Assembly: GCA_010909165.1 (NCBI GenBank)
Contig: VJWM01000107.1
Span: forward strand, 186,001 to 250,000
Direction: 5' to 3'
Length of the DNA: 64,000 nucleotides
From: Anthoceros angustus
Lineage: Eukaryota; Plantae; Anthocerotophyta
Shown: positions 48,101 through 60,345 of the stretch, piece by piece
Layout: each line of letters opens with the position of its first letter
Position numbering within the stretch: position 1 is the stretch's first letter
Position numbers and translations under genes: made by a program
The notes under the pieces: model-generated
The model's database searches: none
Seen by the model: only the letters and a program-made list of their open reading frames with translations
What the model was told of the DNA's origin: nothing

Positions 48101-49775
48101 CATGGGCCAGGAAGCCCTTCGTCTGTACAGTGCTATGCAAGAAGAAGGCATCATTGTAGCTAATGCCATAACGTATGTGTGCCTTCTGCAGGCATGTGCA
48201 ACTGTGGGCAGCCTGGCGCTGGAGAAGGGGAAGCAGCTTCATACACAAATTAGACGACGAGGATATGAAGCAGATGTGTTTGTAGCCAACAGTTTGGTGA
48301 ATATGTATGCAAAGTGTGGCAGCTTGGAAGATGCTCAGAGTGTGTTCGACGGACTTGGTCACAAGGATGTGGTAACATGGAATGCCTTGATAGCAGGGTA
48401 CTCCCAGAAGGGCATGGGCCAGGAAGCCCTTTGTCTCTACGGTGTTATGCAAGAAGAGAGCGCCAGCATACCGGATTCCGTGACATTCTTGTCTCTCCTG
48501 CAAGCATGTGCAAGTGTGGGCCCTTCAGCCTTGCAGAAGGGGAAGCAGCTTCATGCACAGATTAGAGGACGAGGATATCAAGGTGATGTGTTTGTAGCAA
48601 ACAGTTTGGTGAACATGTACGCAAAGTGTGGCAGCTTAGAAGACGCTCAGAGAGTATTTGACCATCTGGAGCGAAAGGATGTGGTGGCGTGGACTTCTCT
48701 AATTGGAGGTTATTCCCAGCAGGGCATGGGCCAGGAAGCCCTTCGTTGTTACGCTTCCATGCAAGAAGAGGGCCTTGCTGTACCGGATTCCATGACTTTT
48801 GCGTGCCTCCTGCAGGCATGTGCAGATGTGTCAGCTCTGCACCTGGGAAGGCAGCTGCATGCACAAATTGAAGCTGATGGCCTTCAAGGTGATGCATTTG
48901 TAGCCAGCAGTTTGATAAACATGTACGGAAAGTGCGGGAGCATGGTTGATGCACAGCAGGTGTTTGATGCGTTGCCCGAACAAGACGTTGTTGCCTGGAG
49001 CGCACTGATTGCAGGCTACACGTCTCAAGGAGACAGTGAAGCGGTCTTCGACCTGGTCCAGAGAATGAGAGAGGAAGGCATACAACCAGTCGACATCACA
49101 TTCCTGAGTGTACTAACAGCGTGCAGTCACGCAGGTCTACTCGATAACGGGAGAGAGTACTTTGATGCCATGAGCAGAGACTATGGCCTCACTCCTACAG
49201 TGGACCACTACACATGCATGGTGGATATCCTGGGCCGTGCAGGCCGGCTGGAGGAGGCACTATCTTTGGTAAGCACAATGCCTGTATCCCCTAATGCTGC
49301 AATTTGGCACACACTTTTGGGTGCTTGTCGAAAGTGGAGCAACCTGGAGGTCGGACGCCATGCTTTCGACCAAGCTGTAAGGCTAGACAAGAAAGACGCT
49401 GCAGCATATGTGTTGATGTCGACTATATACACCGGTGTCCATATGTGGGAGCAGGCCCAGGAGATGCAGGCAAGGAGAACCAAATTGAAGGCATGGAAGC
49501 AGCCGGGACAAAGCTGGTGGACAGACGTGGATGGACTAGTGCATAGTTTTTTGGTCGGGGATGGGGAAACACCCAAAATCCCAGCAAGGCAAGAACAGTC
49601 AGTTTCCAAATTGAGGAAGGAAGGATATTTGCCGATTGCTAATTGCACCCCAATGGCAGGACATCCCTATGCCCTGTTTCTAAACTCATCACCTGCAGAG
49701 CTATCATGCGATTTCAAGAAATACGGTTCGTGCGGCTCAAGCGACAAAATTGGCTACGTCATATGCCCCAAATAG
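42200..49775 (+). CDS. Second PLS-class PPR gene (E1-E2-E+, SWW type), paralog of the first, interrupted by reiterated triplets and frameshifts
   Basis: Clean N-terminal ORF 42200-44659 and clean C-terminal ORF about 48120-49775 (HYTCMVDILGRAG, WKQPGQSWWTDVDG). The middle consists of near-identical repeated triplets with many 1-bp deletions. As assembled it is not one open frame. Confidence 0.8.
44010..48340 (+). repeat. Scrambled array of near-identical 312-bp PLS-triplet coding units
   Basis: The unit encoding GESNAVPDS...ALEKGMELHTQIREQGLDSD recurs five times (near 44340, 44960, 45580, 46820, 47740). Other units recur two or three times. Confidence 0.92.
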
Positions 49776-50796
49776 CAGTGCTAAGGATCTATTAGCGCCA
49801 ATGCCAATTCAAGGACTCTTAATATTTTGTCTGTGCTGATTAAAATCTTATACAGAGGTATATCCTGTCTGGCATGAAGCAATGGAATCAGTATTGCGGA
49901 AGTGGATCCTGAGGGTGGCTGCTACACAACATTCGGTAAGACAATTTCCTGGCCACGGTGCACATGAAAGCAATCATTTATCTGCTGGAGTCATATATGA
50001 AGAACGCTGATACACTGGCACGCACTCAAGGAGGGACTCGCTAGGTAGTCAGTTTTTCGACTTGCCTTTATCTTGTTCAGCAACTAGCTGTTTGCCCTCT
50101 AAGGATTGGAGGAAATCCACTTCAGCGTCTTTGGTCTTGACCATCTTATCCGCACCTTTTGGACCAGATTCAACTCCTCGTACAGCAAGGAGCTCGGCCT
50201 CAGGAAACATATCACTCCTGAAGCAGCACCAGAATTATTGTGTGCACTGGAGGCCAGGTATGCTCCTACAAGACGTCACCTCCAAAAGTTGATTATCTGC
50301 ATCAGAACTGCTCGGTTATATAGCTTCTGCTCATCTTTATACTTCACTATGCCTAACTTCGTCTCAATGTGCCTTCTTGCAATTGTCTAGTAAGTTTGTG
50401 AGCAGAGCATTGTATGCTGGATCTGTGCATTCGGGTAACCATTGTAAAGGTTGTAAAGCATTTTTCAAGGTGAAGTAGCAATATTCATCTCCGTTGTCGC
50501 TTCTTCGAGGAGGATAAGTTGCAGAGCTGCATCACCCGGAAGTTGCAGAGGAGCTGCATTCGCAAATTGCAGGACAAGTTGCAAAGCCCAAAGAGTGATG
50601 TGTGAAAGGAGAGTTTATAATGAATTCAAGTTATGAAAATTGGAAGTTAAGACGTAAGAAGCTTCATCGTAAGAAATCTACCACTTTTTATATCCAACCA
50701 TGTTTTGTCCCATGGTTGTGGTGGCTGCCCTTGCACCACGTAGAGGAATTGTGATTAGTTTTTGTTTAGAGGTTTTCAAGAACTTAGGACGTACCC

Positions 50797-51352
50797 AGTA
50801 ACAAAGCTGGCTTGAGTGCTTTGCAAGAAAGCTCCATGCAGAGGCATGTTTAGAAGAGCAGCTTACTAAGAGCATGTTAAGCATGCAGCCCTAGGAAGTG
50901 TGGTAGTAAATAATAGCTTAAAGCTTAAGTAAGTAGTTACTAAGATTGTAGCTAGGGCTTGAGTATAAAGGAGACCTCGCCTGGCTAAAGATGCCTCAGT
51001 TCAACCTTGAGAGCACTTGTTGCTTGGGTTGCCTTGAGAGCACTTGATGCTTGGGCTATGCCTTGAGAGCACTTGTTGCTTGGGCACAAGGGAGGCCGTG
51101 AAGGAGCTTTGGGAGGAGGTCAAGTGAAGAGAGAGCTAAGCTCCTAGCTTAGGCAAAGATGGGGAGTTCTCTAGCCCTCCACTCAGTGTTCTTGTTGACT
51201 CGTGATCTAAGAATAAAGAGCGCAAGAGTGTCGTCTGAGTCCTCCTAGAAGAGGAGGGCGGCTACTTGGAGGCCTAGTCGTGTCCGTGTTGATTTATTAC
51301 CCTAGTTTGCTTCTAATGCGTGGTTTTCCCCACCCCGCTGAGAGGTGTTACT
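50797..51352 (+). repeat. 5' LTR (AGTAACA...TGTTACT) with an internal triplicated CCTTGAGAGCACTTG motif
   Basis: Matches 55827-56396 apart from mostly short indels. Confidence 0.95.
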
Positions 51353-54300
51353 TGTGGTATCGAGCATAGGTTGAAGCATCTTTGACTAGTACGCTAGTGG
51401 AGATGGCAGATCCTGCTGAGCCAAGTAGAGTGGAAAGGGTACGCCGGAAGGATAAGGCCCCGCCACTGCCGTGGAAGAGCCACAAGCGAGTCCGCAAGTT
51501 GTGAGAACAGCGGAGGAAGGAACTTCGGAGCAGAGGACCGGCACCACCATAGAGGACCAGCTCCAAAAGATCATGAGGAGACTTGATGCCATGGATCAGG
51601 AGATTAAAGGCAGGCGAAAGCTCGTTGAAGAAGAGCCAGAAGAAGTGGAGCCTGAGCCTGAGAGCAGTACCGCCAAAAAGTCTAAGAAGTTGAGGCTGAG
51701 CATACAGGCCCCAAAGACTTACAAAGGCGAGCGTGACGTAGAGAAAATCAGTTCTTGGTTTTTCTCTTTGGAAGCGTACCTCGAATCATGCGGAGTGCCG
51801 CAAGATGAGTACGTGAAGCACGTCACGAATTTCTTAGAGGATTATGCTCTTACTTGGTGGAGGACTTACGTTGAGAACGTAAGGCAAGGCAATCGCAGAG
51901 CCACAATCTTCACATGGGCAGACTTCAAGCAAGCGCAACTCCGTTTCCAACCCGCTAATGCAACGAGTTTGGCGCGAAGGATGCTCGACAATGTCAAGCA
52001 TACCGGAACTTTGGGAGTATGTGAGTGAGTTTAGCTCTATTGTCTTGCAATGTCCAGAGATGCATGAGCGGGACAAACTCCACAAGTTTATCACGGCCTT
52101 AAGAGATGGGCTCAAAATAGGATAGCTTTTGACTAATCCTCAAACGCAAGAGGCCATGGCAGCAGATGCTATACCGGATATGTTTATTCAAGAGGCACCG
52201 TATCAAGAGGAAGATATCCTAGGTCTCGGGGTAGATCTAGAGGCGAGGACGAGCTACCACCACTGAATAGTGGAACCAATGAGACTCAAGAGGCCGAGCT
52301 AGAGGAGATAACAGGTCGTGGAAGACGAAAAGTGCCTAGCTCGGTGTGTACGATTGTGGAGAACAGGACACTTTGCTAGGAATTGTCCACATGTTGGAGC
52401 TCCCAACTTGAATTTGCTTGCCAATCCACTGCTCCAAGAGCCGGATTCAAGAACTTCCCGAGGAGCCCAGGTGGCCGGGGCCACATGTTGTGAAGACATG
52501 TGGTGAGTCATCTAGTGTCAAGGATGACACTATAATGAGGAAGGTGGAGATCTCATGTATATATGTGGGAAGATGAATGGCTTAGATGTAGAGTTGTTGT
52601 TGGATTGCACCACCCACAATTTTATAACTCCTAGTAAGGCAAGAGAGCTTGGTCTTGAATGGATGAAACTTCCACGCCATATGGAATCAAGCAAGCTAAA
52701 GGGACTCGCAATTTTTGGTGAATTGCATGGAGTAAAGCTGCAAGTCAAGCATGGCAAGGAAATGTGAGTTTCATCCGAGATGGATGACCATGATATCATC
52801 TTAGGCCCGGAGTGGATGAGATCCAATGAAGTGTATATGGATGTTAAGTCTCGCACTATTGAGATATCCAAGAAGCACAAGGTGAGTTGTGCTAGTGTTA
52901 GCCGAAGCTTGAGACTCCATCAAGACAATTTCAAAAGAGAGCTTAAGAAGGATCTCGGAAAAGAAGGAGCTATACTTAGTTGTACTCCAAGGACTAGAGG
53001 ATGGTCTAGAAGAAGATTCCACAGAGGTGAAAGACATCCCAAAAGAAGTACAAGCTATACTGGATGAGTTCAAGGATTTGATGCCAGATGAGTTGCCACC
53101 ATTGCCGTCTCGCAGAGTAGTAGATCATGAGATTGACTTGAAGCCAGGGAGTACGCCTCCTTCAAGAGCACCGTATAGATTGTCACTGGATGAGTTGCAA
53201 GAGCTCAAGCGACAACTATCCAACCTGTTGGCAAAGGGATATGTCAGAGTTTCTAAGTCTCCTTTTGGTGCGCCTGTATTGTTCACGCAAAAGAATGGAG
53301 GACTCGATTGTGTCCGGATTACGAGCTCGAATCGACATAATCAAGAATGCATATCCTTTGCCTAGAATGGATGATATGTTCGACAGTTGAAGGGTGCCAA
53401 GTATTTCACCGTCGGATCCGATGGCGGTACTATCGGATCGATTGCCGAGGGCATGAGTACAAAAGCTTGTAGGACCGTGTATGGGGCTTTTGAATTTGGT
53501 CATGCCATTTGGACTTACTAATGCACCGCCACATTTTACACTTATGAATACTATATTCATAGATCCGTGGACAAGTGTGTTGTAATCTATCCGGATGACA
53601 TTTTGATCTTTAGCCATACCTTGAGGAACATGTCAACACTTAAGAGAAGTGTTACAAAAGCTAAGAGAGAATTCTTTGTTCTTGGCAATCAAGAAGTGTG
53701 ATTTCGCCAAGACAGATTCCATTCTTAGGTTTTATTGTCTCTGAGGGCATCGTGATGGATCCCGATAAAGTTAAAGCCATTCAAGATTGGCACTAACATT
53801 CATGAGGTACGGAGCTTTATGGGTTTGGCTTCTGTGTACAGGAGGTTTGTACATATGTTTGCTAAGATAGCAGCCCCCATAACTGACCTCTTGAAGACAT
53901 CAAAAGCTTGGAAGTGGGATGCTGATTGTCAAGCAGCCTTTGAATACTTAAAAGAAGTTGAGTACTACTCCGGTGTTGGGAATGTATGACCCCAAGAAAG
54001 ATGTAGAAGTGTATTGTGATGCCTCAGACATGGCTATAGGTGGAGTTTTGATGCAGGACCAAAAGCCGTTAGCTTTTGAGTCAAGGAAGTTGCATCCTTA
54101 TGAGATGAAGTATCCCACCTATGAGAAGGAAATGACCGCCATCCACCGCCTAAAGGCTTGGAGGCACTATCTCTTGGGTAGGTCTTTTGTGTCTAATCGA
54201 TAATATCAAGACAACATACTTCTCCAACCATTGAAGTTGAATGCGAGGCAAGCTAGATGGCGTGATTCCTAGCTATGTATGATGTGACTCAAATACAAAC

Positions 54301-55826
54301 TGGAAAGGAGAATAAGGTTGCGATGCGTTGAGTCGCAAAGCAGTCAAGGAAGTAAGGCAATGGCAAGTGTGATTGAGCCTGTGGATACTCACAAAGAGAT
54401 TAAGGAAGCTTATCTCGCAAGATCCGTGCGATCTGGATGAATGGGGTGGCGAGAAAGGAAGCAAGTTCAAACTCGAGATGGTTTGTTGATATACAAATGT
54501 AAGAGAGTTGTGATTCCTAACTCAGAGGCTTGAAGAAGAAGTTACTTCAATGTCATGATGTGCCAAGTCTGGTCACTGGAGGTGATTCAACTTATGAGAA
54601 GTTGAAGAAGTCGCTTTATCGGCGAGGAATGTATCAAGATACATTAGACTATGTCAAGGCATGTCTTTTGTTTGTCGGCCAGGATAAGGTAGAAACAGCT
54701 AAACCAAGAGGTTTGTTACTACCTATTCCAAGAGGGCCATGGAAAAGTATTTCTATGGACTTCATCATGCCTTTGCCTCCCGAATGGTTATACAGCTATC
54801 ATGACAGTGGTGGATAGGTTCACCAGGCAAGCGCACTTCATCCCCACCAAGAAGCGAGTGACCGCTTCTGAGGCAGCCAACTTGTTCAAGAAGTATATGT
54901 ACAAGTATCATGGCTTGCCCGTGCAGATTGTGAGTGATAGAGATCCAAGACTCACAGGAGAATTCTGGCAACACTTGATGAGAAGTTTGAATGTGCAGTT
55001 ATGCATGAGTACTGCATACCATCCAGATACTGATGGGCTAACAGAGCGAGTCAACCGAATCCAAGAAGAATACTTGAGGCACTATGTGCAGATTGATCAG
55101 AGAGATTGGGCTGATCATCTTGATGATGAAGAGTTTTGTTACAATAACACTGTACATAGCTCCTTGGGATATAGTCCCTTTGAGATGAGTGGAAACTCAG
55201 CGCTGGATGTAGTATCCATGCTAAATGCTGAAGTTTTCGATACTACCACTGGAGATCCACGCCAATTTGTTGAGCAGCTGAAGGCTAGGCATGAGATTGC
55301 CAAAAAGATATTAGCCAAGGCTCAAGCACGTCAGAAGAGATATGCTGATAAGCACGGAGAGAAACTGTCTTCAATGTTGGGGATAAGGTTTGGGTGAAAT
55401 TGAAGCATTTCACACTGCCCCAAGGTTTGTCTCTAAAGTTGAGGCCAAAGTATGGAGGTCCTTATGTTGTCCTTAAGCGCATTGGAGAAGTCGCTTATAA
55501 GTTGGACTTGCCTGACTGGATTTTTGCACACAATGTGTTTCATGTATCAATGCTGAAGCCATTTGTGCCAGGCAAGGAGAAAGAGGACATGGACAGGAAG
55601 AAGTACGATCCTCGCAAAGATGATCAAGGACTGCGGGAGATTGAAGAATTCCTTGCAAAGGTAGCGTGGCTACGAGACGTGGAACTCTACCACAATACAT
55701 GGTAAAGTTGCGTGGGATCTCAATACCAGTTTGGGTAACACTAGAGGATATCCAGAAAGGCTCCTGGATGATTGCTCGTTACACTGGTTATCACTGAGGG
55801 CAGTGATTCTTCCTAGTGGGGGAGGA

Positions 55827-56396
55827 AGTAACAAAGCTGGCTTGAGTGCTTTGCAAGAAAGCTCCATGCAGAGGCATGTTTAGAAGAGCAGCTTACTAAG
55901 AGCATGTTAAGCATGCAGCCCTAGGAAGTGTGGTAGTAAATAATAGCTTAAAGCTTAAGTAAGTAGTTACTAAGATTGTAGCTAGGGCTTGAGTATAAAG
56001 GAGACCTCTGGCTAAAGATGTCACCAACCTTGAGAGCACTTGTTGCTTGGGTTGCGCCTTGAGAGCACTTGATGCTTGGGCTATGCCTTGAGAGCACTTG
56101 ATGCTTGGGTAAGCACGGAAGGGAGGCCGTGAAGGAGCTTTGGGAGGAGGTCAAGTGAAGAGAGAGCTAAGCTCCTAGCTTAGGCAAAGATGGGGAGTTC
56201 TCTCTAGCCCTCCATTGTATGTTCTTGTTGACTCGTGATCTAAGAATAAAGAGCGGGCAAGAGTCTTGTCTGCGAGTCCTCCTAGAAGAGGAGGGCGGGC
56301 TACTTGGAGGCCTAGTGCTGTGTCTGGTGTTGATTTATTACCCTAGTTTGCTTCTAACTGCGTGGTTTTTCCCCACCCCGTTGAGAGGGTGTTACT
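55827..56396 (+). repeat. 3' LTR (AGTAACA...TGTTACT)
   Basis: Directly follows the purine tract and is followed by the TSD TACCC. Confidence 0.95.
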
Positions 56397-57162
56397 TACC
56401 CTATCATTATCCTTAAAAGATTACTTTCTTCAATTTTAAGCAAGCCTTCATTACTATTCATCTTAAAGGATGGATTTTAAAGCCTTAAAACCTTCATTAC
56501 TATTCATTTTAATATTAATTATTACTAAATAAACCTGAATTCCAAAATATAAACTTATGAATTAGGACAGCTTAATTATAACTAAACAAACCTTAATTTG
56601 TGAGTTAGAACTGTACATGCCAACCTCGCTTGGGTCTACGTGTGTCCAGAGCCTTATAGGAGGAACACGTACATATAATTCATGAGAGAAGAGTACAACA
56701 CTCTCTCGGAGAGGGGCTCCCCGGATTCGAAGGTGCAGATGCACGCATTTCTTTTTTTCCGAGAAGTCCAGTCATTACCATTGATCAACATTGTGAGCTG
56801 TCTGATAGAGAGGCTAATTACTTGTGTAGATTGCATATACCAGCGTCCTTCTCTAACAACTTATGTACTCCACAAGACCCAACAACTTACTCCACAACAC
56901 CTGCACTGTTTGTCACCGGTGTGTGTTTCAGGCTTGATCTTACATAGCTCCTGCTGTGAATAGAAATCTTCTAGATCAAAATCTTCTAGATCATTGACAC
57001 GGAGGGCTGCACCACCACCGCTTACCAGCTGAAGTCCCACTCTCGGGTCAGTTCCTATACAGAGATGATCAACCGCTCCGGGGAACACTCCTATCCGCAG
57101 TTTTGCTAAGAGTACATAATTCGCTAAAACTCGGCAACATGATTAATTGGCCTGTCCTACGG

Positions 57163-58209
57163 TCACTGGTTTTCTTCCTCACCAGCCTCGTTGTCAATTT
57201 GTACACAAATCCCATGCTTCTCCTGCAAAAGGTCCAAGACCAGGGACCCCAACCTTTCTAAAGCACTGCAGACTTGCGGATCGGTTTCATCTTCATAACC
57301 CCGCTTAACTATTCTTGGTCCATTCACCGACTGAAATGCCTGTTTTCCTTCCTCCTGCTGTAGTATCAAATAGATGGACTCTGCAGCCTCCAAGCGTATT
57401 CGGGGATCCTTTTCTACCTCACGTTCCATGGACAAGGGGACTGCTAGCTCTGGTGGCATGTTGCTTGTGTCCTCTTCTGGAAAGATCTGACTCCCAGCCA
57501 GAGGCAACAGAAGAGCAGGCCAGAGAAACTGGGAAACGTCTAGCAAGCTGGAGAGATGATTGTCAGCCTCAAAGCAACAATTTCTAACCAGGCCTGTCAC
57601 CCCCTTCTTCCGGATTATGCTCTTGGCATCCATCTGGCGCAAAAGCATTTTAAGCAGTCCCCGCTTCCTGTCCAGGAAAAGCTTGCGTCCCGAGGGAGTC
57701 GTGGTCAGATTTAGAAGAACCGCTGGCACATGCTCATACCTGTCTTCAGCGTCCTCATCCTCTGAATACCTGCTGAATGTCCTCACCAACCGGCTCACAA
57801 ACAAGCCTGCCAGCTTTTGGTCTGCGTCCTGCAGAATAAGGGAGGCTCCCTTCTCTGACTGGCTCAAATTCACAAGCAGCATCACATACAGCCGGGTCAC
57901 TTGAGCCCGCTGCGGCTGGAAGAGGAGCTCCATAACCCGCTCAACGACGCCCTCGGTCACCATCATCTCCGTGAATCTGGAGTCTTGAGACAAGTTGACA
58001 AGACTGCCAGCTGCCTCCTTAGCAACGTCCATGTCTTCATCTCCAAGCGCTACCCGCAGAGGCGGAATGAGCGAGGTAATCGCGCAGCCCAAAAGTCGAA
58101 TACCCTCGTCTGTCCCGGTGTAACCTTGTACAATGCCCAGCGCAGTTTTCCGGACCTGCGGCGAGGGCGACGACAAGAAGGCTACAAGCTCCTCCAGTTC
58201 CGATGCCAT
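57163..58209 (-). CDS. HGH1: Protein HGH1 homolog (FAM203; DUF383/DUF384 ARM-repeat eEF2 co-chaperone), intronless
   Basis: MASELEELVAFLSSPSPQVRK, LLVNLSQ, GRKLFLD, GLVRNCCF, LWPALLLPLAG, YEDETDP. ATG at 58209. Confidence 0.9.
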   Translation of the reverse strand: MASELEELVAFLSSPSPQVRKTALGIVQGYTGTDEGIRLLGCAITSLIPPLRVALGDEDMDVAKEAAGSLVNLSQDSRFTEMMVTEGVVERVMELLFQPQRAQVTRLYVMLLVNLSQSEKGASLILQDADQKLAGLFVSRLVRTFSRYSEDEDAEDRYEHVPAVLLNLTTTPSGRKLFLDRKRGLLKMLLRQMDAKSIIRKKGVTGLVRNCCFEADNHLSSLLDVSQFLWPALLLPLAGSQIFPEEDTSNMPPELAVPLSMEREVEKDPRIRLEAAESIYLILQQEEGKQAFQSVNGPRIVKRGYEDETDPQVCSALERLGSLVLDLLQEKHGICVQIDNEAGEEENQ

Positions 58210-60049
58210 CTCCACTGCTCCGCAATCATCCAGATGCAAGCATTAGGGTTAGGCGGTAACCTGAATTCGGAGTCGGAGACAAAAGACCGTGGCATCCTTA
58301 GCATACTAATACCTCATCATGCACAACTTGCTCATGCCTCAAGCAAGGCTTCACGCTGCTCTTGACAACGGGAGGCTTGGTCTCAAAGAATTGGGGAGAA
58401 ACTCAAAAGCCCCAGGCTATCCAGCGTTGATCCAACGATGTGAGGTGTGCCCGTCCTGGCCCTCGGCAAAAGGGGAAGCTGTCTTTGTTTGCATTATTGT
58501 GAAGGCAGTCTGATGAAAAAGAAAGTACCCTGCTGGTTGGGCAGTCCAGAAAAATGAGGCTAGAGCGGGTGGGGCGAAGAAGCATCGACCGTGGGTGAGG
58601 GTGGGTGGGGGGAGTACACACCTGGTGTACGTTAGTGACATCACCAATGGCTGCGAATGACCCTAGGCTAAACCGAGTGTCACCACGTGCAAGTGTGGCG
58701 CCCTGAAGCTCGGTTATGTTCCGGAAGATGCAGCCACACAATGGGCAGCTACCAACTCCCAACCGTGACCATGCTCAACCTCAAGTCATGTATGACAACA
58801 AAGCGCTGGGCTGAGGTCTCTGCAGTGCGGCAGATGTGAGAGGGGGCCAAGCACGTTGAGCAGAATTTCATGGATGAGGCGGTTGGGGAGCTGGAATTAG
58901 AAGAAGGCTCTCCTGCCGGTTCAGTGGTGGTGGGCGCCTCTGTGGTTTAGGATCAGCAGCAGCGGCTGGCTCGGGAGTAGCAAGCGGGGAAGATAGGACG
59001 TCCGTTGCTGACCGTTGGTGGTGGATTGGATCTGTGCAACAGGGCTGGTGGATGGTGCAGGGCAGATGGGCAGGTTGGAAAAGAAGAGGGGAGGAAGGAG
59101 GAGGGTGAAGCCTTGGCCACCAGAGTGCTCCACCTCCTTAGGAAACCAACCATCATGCTCACACAGGTCTTGGCGAGCTCGATTTCTTCCTATTCGTCTG
59201 AAACCTCCAACCTTTTTGCGCCAGCTTTAGCCTTCTCTTCATGCTCGTTGCTCTAGCTAGGGTTCAGTGCTGCCTCCACTTCCGAACACATTAGATTTCG
59301 TCTGCAGCTCAATCGTAGGATGTCCAAAGCATTGTCACATGGTGTGGCGCCCACTTTAAAAACTGCATGTCCTTCTTAAGCAAGTTAGTGAAAGGAACAA
59401 TAAGTCGATACTAATCCTCAAATTCTGAGAGCGCCCCATCACCCTTAGGTCCACCAATCAACATTGGAGTTTGGCATCGCAACTTGGATGCCGCTTGTAA
59501 AAGGCCCCTGCATCAAGCTTCAATGATTCCACACTACTCGTAATTTGGTGAAGGCCCAAATGTGTTCGCTGGGCCTCCCATCCTTCTTGATAGCTCACAG
59601 TCCATTCAAAAAGTGAAGCTCGAGTTAGCAAGGCCAAGGCACACCTCGGGTGCTCAAAATCCTTAATGAGGTACCAGAGGTGGTGTCTCTTACAATATGA
59701 CAGCCGAAGTCCGACCTCGCTCCTACTCCTTGGGCTTTGGATTTTTTAATCAGCGTTAAACAGGGCCCAAAACCCGGAGCTCGTCATGGTTGGTGCTTGG
59801 TCTGCTGGGCATCGACCGTCCTCCTTCCTCTTATGCTCTCGTAATGTCACCTTACCAGCATCGGAAGATGAACGCACCGTGGTTGGCCAGCGTTTCACCT
59901 ATATTGAGGGCATCCCGGCAATAGGCAGCATTCCTAACACATCCTTCATATGCTAGAAATATAGTAATGGGTTCACCAAACTACCCATTTGAGAGATTCA
60001 TACCTTACACATATATGCTACATACAAATATATGCACCTATATGCCTAC

Positions 60050-60345
60050 ACCCACATGGCCTACTCGCGCCTACATGCCCTACGCCCACATGTCGTACTC
60101 ATGCCTACATGCCCTATGCATACATGGCCTACACGCGCCTACATGCTCTTCCCATTTTTCGTCATACTATGTGTCTGCGCCCACATTCCCTACATAGCCT
60201 ACTTGCCCTACATATACCTCCATGGCCTGCACGCGCCTACATGCTCTTTCCATTTTTCGTCATACTCTGTGTCTGCGCCCACATTCCCTACATAGCCTAC
60301 TTGCCCTACATATACCTCCATGGCCTGCACGCACCCACATGCCCT
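60050..60345. repeat. Minisatellite with a 98-bp higher-order period built from CCTACAT-like subrepeats
   Basis: CATGGCCT starts at 60123, 60221 and 60319; shorter related units lie upstream. Confidence 0.88.

Larger units (their letters stand above)
50797..56396 (+). mobile_element. Full-length Ty3/Gypsy chromovirus LTR retrotransposon (5.6 kb)
   Basis: Two LTRs and a 5-bp TSD TACCC (50792-50796, 56397-56401). iMet-type PBS TGGTATCGAGC at 51355; PPT at about 55815-55826. Gag (YALTWWR), CCHC knuckle near 52345, protease (LLDC), RT (YPLPRMDD), RNase H (CDASD), integrase (SISMDFI, IVSDRD, GGPY) and chromodomain, all broken by small indels. Confidence 0.96.

Noticed and set aside
51400-55800. 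Dense frameshifts in chromovirus gag-pol as ancient decay or programmed frameshifting
   Set aside because: They are mostly 1-2 bp deletions with few substitutions, and the LTRs are near-identical. This pattern fits unpolished consensus in multicopy DNA.
58300-59950. Possible LINE ORF1 (DUF4283-like) relic on the minus strand
   Set aside because: Only a faint GYFLF...RW..PG resemblance; no endonuclease or RT motif found.
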